Positions 55,323 to 64,000 of a DNA stretch of 64,000 bases are shown here, piece by piece. The DNA lies in assembly GCA_951406725.2 (NCBI GenBank), contig OX597818.1, positions 88,722,001-88,786,000 of the forward strand, written 5' to 3'. The position numbers and the translations under genes were made by a program. The notes below the pieces were generated by a model, which ran no database searches, was not told the origin of the DNA, and saw only the letters and a program-made list of their open reading frames with translations. Position 1 is the stretch's first letter. Each line of letters starts with the position of its first letter. This DNA is from Octopus vulgaris (Eukaryota).

Positions 55323-57785
55323 CAGGGATGTCCAACCTTTCTTCCTTTTGGGCCTGATTATACATTTATGTACTTAGATATAAACTTTTTAAAAGTTCAA
55401 AATATAGTAAATAAAGTTTTTTAATAACAAATATAAATCCAAAATAATGTGCTATTGTAAAAAATGAAATCACACACAAAATAAAATGAAAATGATTTTT
55501 GGCATTGCTTTCCTTTAATGATATTCTCAATATGTGCTTTTATGGTGATATTCTTTACTCTAAGAATGTTAGTTAAATGACAATCACTCAGCCTAGTTCT
55601 TTCAGCAGTTTTGATGTTTTTCATGCACGAAAAGACTTGTTCACAGCAGTATGTACTACACCACATGCACAATAGTTTTCTAGCTAAATTGTCAATTCCA
55701 TCAAATTTATTGAAAGAATGTAATTTCTTGTAAAAGTCAAGAAGGGTATGTTCTCTATGGTAAGTTTTCAAAGAATCCTTACTTTGATGTTCAATGAGTT
55801 CTAGCTAGTATTTGGCTGGTGCTTCAACATAAATAAATGAAAATGGATCACTCAACAATTTTAGTTCAGTTTCTATCTTTATGAAGTCAGAAAATCTGGT
55901 TGAAATATCTTCTAACAAGGCTTCACATAATTTAGTGTACTTTTCAAATTTGACAGGAAATTCTTCTTGTCCTTTAGATAAATTCTAAGAATGCACAATT
56001 TCTCCACCCTGCAATTAGATTATGAAAAGTTCAAATTTCATAGTAAAACTTGTTATTTGCTGAAACATTGAACAACATAATTGGTCTTTTCCTTGTAAAT
56101 ACAAATTAAGTTCAGCTAACATTTCAGTGATACCTGCTAAGGAGGACAGGTTATTCAACATTCTTCATTTGCTAAAATATCCACATTTTGCTTTTTGTTT
56201 TGCATGAACTGTTTTATTTCAGCAACAATAATTGAAATCTATCCAAGGTTGCTGCTTGTCTGAGTCATCTGACTTTTGAGAAATAAATAACGTCTTCATA
56301 TTCACTGCCAACTTCTACCAAGTATGCTTTGAATGAACGATGGTCCAAGCCGCGAGATCTGATAAAATTAAAAACGTTCACAATATCTGTCATCAAGTGT
56401 TTCATATTTAATTTTTTAGGACATAATTACTGTTGATGAATCAAGTAATGATAGCTAAGTATATCCTGATCAACCATTTCTTTGAATAAAGTAATAAACC
56501 CATTATTTTACAAGTTAATGCAGGAGCACCATGAGTTGTAATTTTATTTCTATCAACATTGAGCTTTTCTAATGATAAATTAACATGCTCAATCAGGCTC
56601 CTACCAGTTGTTGTACCTTTCATATGACATACGCCCAAAATTCCTTCAATTCCTCTGATGAAAATAACCAATTGTGGAGTGTCACTTTGATCAGTACATA
56701 CGTCTAATGCTAAACTGTAATGAACACATTTAAATAATTGAGTCTGCAATATACCCATAATATACCCATAATGCATTATACCCATAATATACCCATAATG
56801 CTGTCAGCTAAATCATCAATTCTACCAATTGTCTGATGCGACAGACTTGTTTCACTGAAGAAGTTCACCTTCTCGGGACAGGATTCATTAAAAGCAATTA
56901 CAATACATTCTTTTATTAATTCACCATCTATTGGTGGTTTTCCCTTCTGAGCCAATTTTTCAGCTATAAATAACTAACTTTTGCCATGTACCAGTTTTCT
57001 CAACATGTTTTTTGAAATCGTTTTCTTCTTCAATTCATCTATTTTCATTTTCCTTCTTTCTCCGTTAGATTCATTATATTGTGACTCATGTTTGGCAGCA
57101 TAGTGACACTTAATATTATATTCCTTGCATACAGCAATTTTATCATTACATACGAGGTAGATAATATTATTGCGTGTTTCAATTACGAAATATTTTTCTG
57201 TCCATAGGATTCTGAATTTTTTCTTTCCGTCTGTTATTTTCCTCTTCTTAGTATCAGATGCCATGGCCAAACAATGAGCTATTAAAATTAACAATTGAAA
57301 TTATTACGTAATCATGCTGATATTAATATTCCAAAAGTCAGAAACAAATAAAGAATAAATAGGCTCTTCCCCATAAAGTATTAGCATTAGACGAGAGACA
57401 CTGAAGTAACACTGAAGTCACTGTCACTTGACTTTATAAACAAGGTTAGGAGATAACACAATCAATATTGATCTGACTGCAAAAGATTTGAAACTGAAAC
57501 AATGGCTGTTAATTATGCATCAACAAAATGGCTGACTCTACGACGTAGAGTCAGCCATTCGAGGTCATGAATCCCATGGCCTCCCTCATTTTACCTCCTT
57601 CTATTGATGTTTTCATTGGTCCGTTCAAAATAGCACTCGCCGAGAACAATTTTCTTATCATACATTATCAAAGTAAATGAAAATATAACTAGAAAATAGC
57701 AAATAGAAATAGAATTTGAATCGCCACTGGTCCTCATGAAAATATTAAGTGAGTCACAACGCGGTCTGTGAGTTGGACATCCCTG
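55323..57785 (-). mobile_element. Buster-type hAT transposon (SPIN/GTF2IRD2-like transposase), full length, degraded
   Basis: TIRs CAGGGATGTCCAAC and GTTGGACATCCCTG. Degenerate 8-bp TSD CTCTTGAG/TTCTAGAG. Motifs MASDTKKRK...WTEKYF..LVC......KEYNIKCHY..KH, YSLALD..TD.SD..QL.IFIRG, and STYCCEQVFSCMK..K...RTRLSD. Confidence 0.93.
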
Positions 57786-58290
57786 TTCTAGAGCGTCACG
57801 TTTCCTGCATAGCACTGCGTAAAGAAAAACCTCTGTAGTCTCGCAAAACCCAAAACTCAGTATCTTTTTTCGCTTGTATTTTACGCCTTAAGAATAATGT
57901 TTCGTGTATCTCCACAATATCCCCAGTACCAACTATTTGAACTGGCTGCAGAGCAAACCCTCCGCAAATATCTCATGAACAAACCTGTTATAATCAACAG
58001 CTGTGTAATGATTCATAGCCAGTTCTTCAACAGAAAAACGAACTAAAGCTAGTTCCTTGACCCAAGGGTATAAGGAAAGAAGTACACTCCTAAGAGGAAG
58101 GGTGTTCCCTTCCAGCCATACACCTTTTCTGAGAGACACACACTTGTTGCGTTCTTTTCGGGAGCACCGCCAAAACATCTTCATAAAGTTTCTCTCTTTA
58201 CACAATTTGTTCATAGTATGACACCCTTCTCTTGAAAGTAAAAAGCTGCATCCTCCTCAGTCTTCACTTTCTCTATCACACTAAAGCCGA
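57786..58290 (-). pseudogene. Merlin/ISXO2-like transposase, N-terminal half
   Basis: TEEDAAFYFQEKG, WRCSRK....VSLRKG.WLEG..LPL, MNHYTAVDYNRFVHEI, EIHETLF.RRK (EIDES-like) and VFLYAVLCRKRDAL. Confidence 0.75.
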
Positions 58291-58594
58291 AATTATTTTA
58301 TTGCGGTCGTACTGTATGTAGATTAAGAAATGAGATGTCGTCGAAAAGATCCAGGAAAATGCGAGTCAAAATAATGAAAATGAGGTACAGAAATATTGAG
58401 GCCCAGAAGAAGTGGTTGCGGTGGTGAAGGTGTTACAGTCGTACACGTACAGCGCCCTTCTAACAATGAGAACAGGGCAGACAACACCGTTGATTGTTAC
58501 TATGGAATCAGATACCACTGTGAGATATATGGTTGTGTGTACTATGGTGGCTTTCGATTTGCTAAAATTGCCCAAAATTTTCAAATTTAAATGC

Positions 58595-58698
58595 TCTCTT
58601 TTACTGAACCGCTAAGTTATGGGGACGTAAACACACCAGCATCAGTTGTTAAGCGATGTTGGGGGGACAAACACAGACACAAAAACATACACACACAC

Positions 58699-58777
<79 letters not shown>

Positions 58778-58945
58778 TACGACGGGCTTCTTTTAGTTTC
58801 CATCTACCAAATCCACTCACAGGGCTTTGATTTGCCAGAGGCTATAGTAGTAGACACTTGCCCAAGGTGCCACGCAGAGGGCCAGATCCCGGAACCATGT
58901 AGTTCGTAAGCAAGCTACTTACCACACAGCCACTCCTACGCCTAT
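58595..58945 (-). mobile_element. SINE family B copy with internal microsatellite
   Basis: Family B motifs. Confidence 0.85.
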
Positions 58946-59241
58946 TCATTTTTTATTTATTAATTTAATGCAAAAATGAATTTCATTTTGCTCAAAACCA
59001 CAACGAAGCACACCACCTGGACCAGAAATCGAAACCACAATCTAGTGATTTCGAATTCAGCAACCGCTAACTACTAGGCTAGGCGGCTTCATACACACAC
59101 TCTTACCCAAATATATATATATATATATACTTATAGATATACAGACATTTTTCACATACACACACACACACACACACACTCACATAGAAACATGCATGTC
59201 ATTCAATCTGTCTATCATCTATCTATCTCTAAATATGTGTG

Positions 59242-59286
<45 letters not shown>

Positions 59287-59297
59287 TTGTGTGTGTG

Positions 59298-59337
<40 letters not shown>

Positions 59338-59349
59338 GAGAAGTAAGGA

Positions 59350-59690
59350 GTAAAGACACCCCCCACTTCGGTCACGAATGATCTTGAGGTTGGACCTAGA
59401 AAATTCCCCTCCGAGGCACAAGTCCGGAGGCAAGGTTGTTTATGGAAGACCATCAGTCGCCCATGCATACCAGCCTCCGCTCTCCACGCCACCGATGTTA
59501 TCTAAGGGAAAGGCAAAAGGGGCCGATACAGCTTGGTACCTGTGACGTCGCAACTCATTTCTACAGCTGATTGAACTGGAGCAACGGGAAATAAAGAGTC
59601 TTGCTCAAGAACACAACACACAACCTGTTCTGGGAATCGAACTCAAAACCTCACGATCGTAAGTTCGACGCACTAACCACTAAGCGCCAT
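59350..59690 (-). mobile_element. SINE family D copy
   Basis: Reverse complement of 42205-42530. Confidence 0.8.
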
Positions 59691-60629
59691 ACATGTATTT
59701 GTGTACGTTTGCATGTGTGTGTCTGTCTTTGTCTGTGTGTCTGTCTGTCTGTGTGTATTGGTGGCTTTTATACTTTTGCAAGTCAGCTCTGATCTATATT
59801 CTCTAAGATCAAAAGCATTCTAGTCGTGACCATCGTGTTTTTTAGTCATACATATTTTACATAAGATTGGTAGGATGTGATTATAGAGTTATTATTTACT
59901 TATTTATTTGTTTACTTATTTCTTTATTCATTTTTCCAGAAGCTTAACCGAAAATTAGATTCGGATCCATGTATTTCTTTCCAGTTTTGTTTCCGCAAAA
60001 TTGGTCTGTGACAGCTAAAACAGTGTTTTGAAAAATGATGATTGGTTTCGATTCCATGTGAAGTCTGTCTTCAGTTCTCAAATAATCGTTTCTGACAGCT
60101 CATACATTCCTCAACTACACGTATACGCAGATACACAAACACACAAATACACAAACACATATACGCTACAATGTGCTGTGTACGCCTCACACGCAAACGC
60201 GTATACGCGCACCCAAACATATACACATGAATACACGCCTACCCTTCCTACCTCGCACACATTTCTCATAATTCTCTGTGACAGCCGACGAAGATTATTG
60301 CCATTATCCGTCAAAATCGCAGAATCATTTAAGTTATTTATTATTCTGAGAGCTTCTTAGTTTTTCTCTCTTTTTGATTTGTTTTCTATTTCCTTCCTTT
60401 CTCTCTTTCTTTCCCTTGTTTTTTCCTTCATATATTTCTCTCTCTCTCTCTCTCCCTCTCTCTTTCTCCCCCTCTCAACCTCTCAACTGCTTTCATCTAT
60501 AAACAATAATTTGTCTCTAATTAACCACATGGATATATATATATATATATTACGCTAAAACGCACACACACACACACAAATATAGGTACATATATACATA
60601 CACGTACATATATTTATATATGTGTATAC

Positions 60630-60661
<32 letters not shown>

Positions 60662-60674
60662 GTGTATACATATA

Positions 60675-60727
<53 letters not shown>

Positions 60728-60790
60728 ATATATGTCTATATATATATATATATATATCTATATATGTATATATCTATCTATCTATCTATC

Positions 60791-60825
<35 letters not shown>

Positions 60826-61242
60826 TGTATTTGAGAACCAATCAGTATTGAGGCTTTTTGATGGACTCCTTCGTTTGTTAGCTAATTGGATGTTTAGTTG
60901 ATAGCCCTCTGAATTATTTATACACGTCAGTTGTTATTGTTATTGTTTCTGGCATGGTTATTATATTTCCTGCTGCTACTGCTGCTCCAGTCTTGTTCTG
61001 CCTTTTCTCTCCCCTGTCCCCCCGCCCCCCACCTTCTACCCTTCCTCTTAGATTGATTAACTTCTTAACGACCATTTCTCCTGAATAGTACGCCAGCCAG
61101 CACAAACAGAGCTCATCCGTTAGTCTTTGCTTGATAAATCCTGTTACAAACTTTTGCTCCTCTCTACAACCTTTCTCACATTCTTTGCTTAGTTCCCTCT
61201 CGCTCATTTCCCACACTACTCGCACCAAATTTAACAAGCTTT

Positions 61243-61289
<47 letters not shown>

Positions 61290-61671
61290 GTTATTTTCTT
61301 ACCTTATTCTCTCTTTCATTCCCAGTCTTGCGACTAAGCTCACTACACTTTTATACATTGAAAGGCAAATTCCCGAAACATTTCATGTTTTCATGGTTGA
61401 TTGCAAATCAAATTAGGGAAGTTTTCAACTCATTGAACTCTTCTTTTAACTCCCTTAATATATCAAACTGATAAAATTAGCACCAGAGATGACCGCCTCT
61501 ACCTCGTTTCAAAGGCCGTCATATGCCCTCATAAGTTGCCGTACCCGTACACCTATATATTTCCTATATTGGGCAAGACTGCTTTCAACTACTTCTTTGA
61601 AAGCACTCTGTAAACAGTTAAACCTTCTGATAAACGCATATATATATATATATATATATATACATACATAC

Positions 61672-61719
<48 letters not shown>

Positions 61720-61725
61720 TTATAT

Positions 61726-61788
<63 letters not shown>

Positions 61789-61950
61789 TGTATATTTCCG
61801 AATTTGTTGGAATGCGTATAGAATGATATATCTGTTGAAAAAAGTTACAACATGGTCGGATTTTCACGCTTTTTATTATTGTATCATAAAAAAAATTTAC
61901 AATGTTGAAGTGTGATAAACATACAAAAAATATATTTGCCCGTGTCCATA

Positions 61951-62660
61951 AAGTTCAATTAGCGCTTTCATACGTTCATGGTAATCATCAGATTTCAAAA
62001 TATATTTATCTGACAGTTAAGTGCTTGACAAGTGTAGTAAAATGACTGAATTCTTCCTTTTTGTACCTCTCAAACCTTTTAGAAGGCTCCGATAAACTGA
62101 ATTTTTCGACTACAGTTTTGACCAATCGGCATCATTAACTGGTTGTTATATAATTGTTGTTATTTCCGTACAGAACAGCTTTGAAAATTTTAATAAAACG
62201 TTTTTCTTTCGTCTAACCTCACTTGTGTCTTGTAGTTTATTTAAAGGAAAAGTTAGAAACATTTTCTGACCACATGATGTGGATTAAAAAATGTCTTTAA
62301 CATATGAATATAAACAAATTACAGAGGATTTCCACAGACTGAATTAAAAACGATCGAAACCAACAAAGTTCGATCACTCATAAAACTATTACATGTAAAC
62401 GGCAAGCTAATTGAAAAAAATAAAGGCGGGATCCATGCCAGTAATATCAGTGGACCCAGCAAACTGTGACGTTTAAGATACATGTTGATTGGTCAAAACC
62501 ATATTCGAAAAATTCAGCTTGTCGTGACCTTCTAAAAGGTATAAAAAGGAAGAAGTCAGTCATTTTACTACAGTTGTCAAGCACTCAATACAACTGTCAG
62601 TCAATACATTTTGAAATCTGATGATTACTACGAACGTACGAAAGCGCCAATTTTCAACTG
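61951..62660. mobile_element. Inverted pair of pLTR-like repeats of about 180 bp, each ending in an outward-facing HHR-like motif
   Basis: 61951-62132 is the reverse complement of about 62481-62660. HHR-like motifs at 61957-61994(-) and 62611-62657(+): AAU-CUGAUGA-UUAC..GUAY-GAAA-GCGC-YA-AUU. Confidence 0.75.
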
Positions 62661-62678
62661 ATATATATATATACATAA

Positions 62679-62998
<320 letters not shown>

Positions 62999-63302
62999 GT
63001 GTGTATGTGTGTGTGTGTGGTTTCGCATTTATAAAGCGCTTAGCTGTGTAGGCAATTCGTCAGTCTCAAACGGCGGGAGTTATGTGTCTCCGGCCATTTG
63101 AGTGTGACGAGTTTGTCTATACAGCTAAGCGCTTCATAAGTTCGGAACCAATGGTCGCTCTGACCAGTCACAATAATAATGCCTCTATAAGTATATTACC
63201 GGCATAGTGTTTTAGAGTGTGTTTCTTTTTCGGATACATAAACTAATGACGATGTATATATATATATATGATTAAGTTAATTTAAATGAATTTATGAATA
63301 TA

Positions 63303-63346
<44 letters not shown>

Positions 63347-63366
63347 AAATTATATAATATAGCTAA

Positions 63367-63399
<33 letters not shown>

Positions 63400-63506
63400 G
63401 AATATATATATATATAGCTCAACCACTAGGATGTCAATCAGCTGTGTACGGACGTTTATATGCTGTGCCTTATAAACCGTCCTGATAACGTTATACTATA
63501 CATTCG

Positions 63507-63537
<31 letters not shown>

Positions 63538-63844
63538 AATTATAGGAGAAATTGATATTAATCAATAAATGCAATATTAAAACATCCGAGATAGAAATTT
63601 ATACATATGAGGAATGACCACTAATATAATTATATATAGACGTCAAATATCCAGAATGCCAAACAAAATTTAGAAAAAAAGACTACGCCGATGATCTTAG
63701 ATTTTATATCATACGTATATATGAACTATAGTACGTAGGTATTTTTTTAATTTTCGTATATTTTCATTGTCTTATTTTAAACTTTGTTTCTGAATTTGTT
63801 TGAGAACAATTCTTCAATAACGTCTATCTAATACAGTGTCCTAT

Positions 63845-63892
<48 letters not shown>

Positions 63893-63895
63893 TTA

Positions 63896-63932
<37 letters not shown>

Positions 63933-64000
63933 TATCTTTCGATGACCCGATTAGTGGTATTGCCAGCTGTTACTTGAGGGCATAATTTATCTTTCCTTTA

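Noticed and set aside
55421-57294. Domesticated GTF2IRD2/EPM2AIP1-like host gene
   Set aside because: Multiple stops and frameshifts, with TIRs and a TSD present, so this is a dead transposon.
60914-61237. 107-aa minus-strand ORF
   Set aside because: Non-ATG start beside a (GA)n tract, purine-rich bias and no recognisable domain. More likely UTR-like or intergenic sequence.
61495-61540. Minus-strand CUUAUGA...GAAAC hammerhead-like string
   Set aside because: G5 is lost, stem II is out of register and stem I cannot form.

Overview
Repeat-saturated eukaryotic non-genic DNA with no intact host gene visible. The mix of SINE families, very long (TA)n/(CA)n/(TATC)n/(AAT)n microsatellites and transposon types fits an octopus-like cephalopod genome (inference from recognition, not a database search). 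Recognisable elements: two R4/Dong RLE-type LINE relics (one inserted in (TAA)n), a near-full-length Tx1/L1-type LINE inserted in (TATC)n, Penelope-like (GIY-YIG) fragments, three mariner relics, a Tc1 relic, a Buster-type hAT nested inside a Merlin (ISXO2-like) transposase, two Helitron ends, an RTE fragment and about 30 tRNA-derived SINE copies. The main unexplained signal is a set of at least nine type I hammerhead ribozyme (HHR)-like folds with unusual cores or stems, mostly in short non-coding cassettes between (TA)n tracts. The best is a U3-A8 compensated HHR inside an exact 360-bp unit with a perfect 52-bp terminal redundancy (18855-19266), as expected for a retrotransposed copy of a small circular or multimeric RNA (retrozyme-like). 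Almost all ORFs in the supplied track are microsatellite artefacts. Coordinates were counted by hand and element boundaries are approximate.
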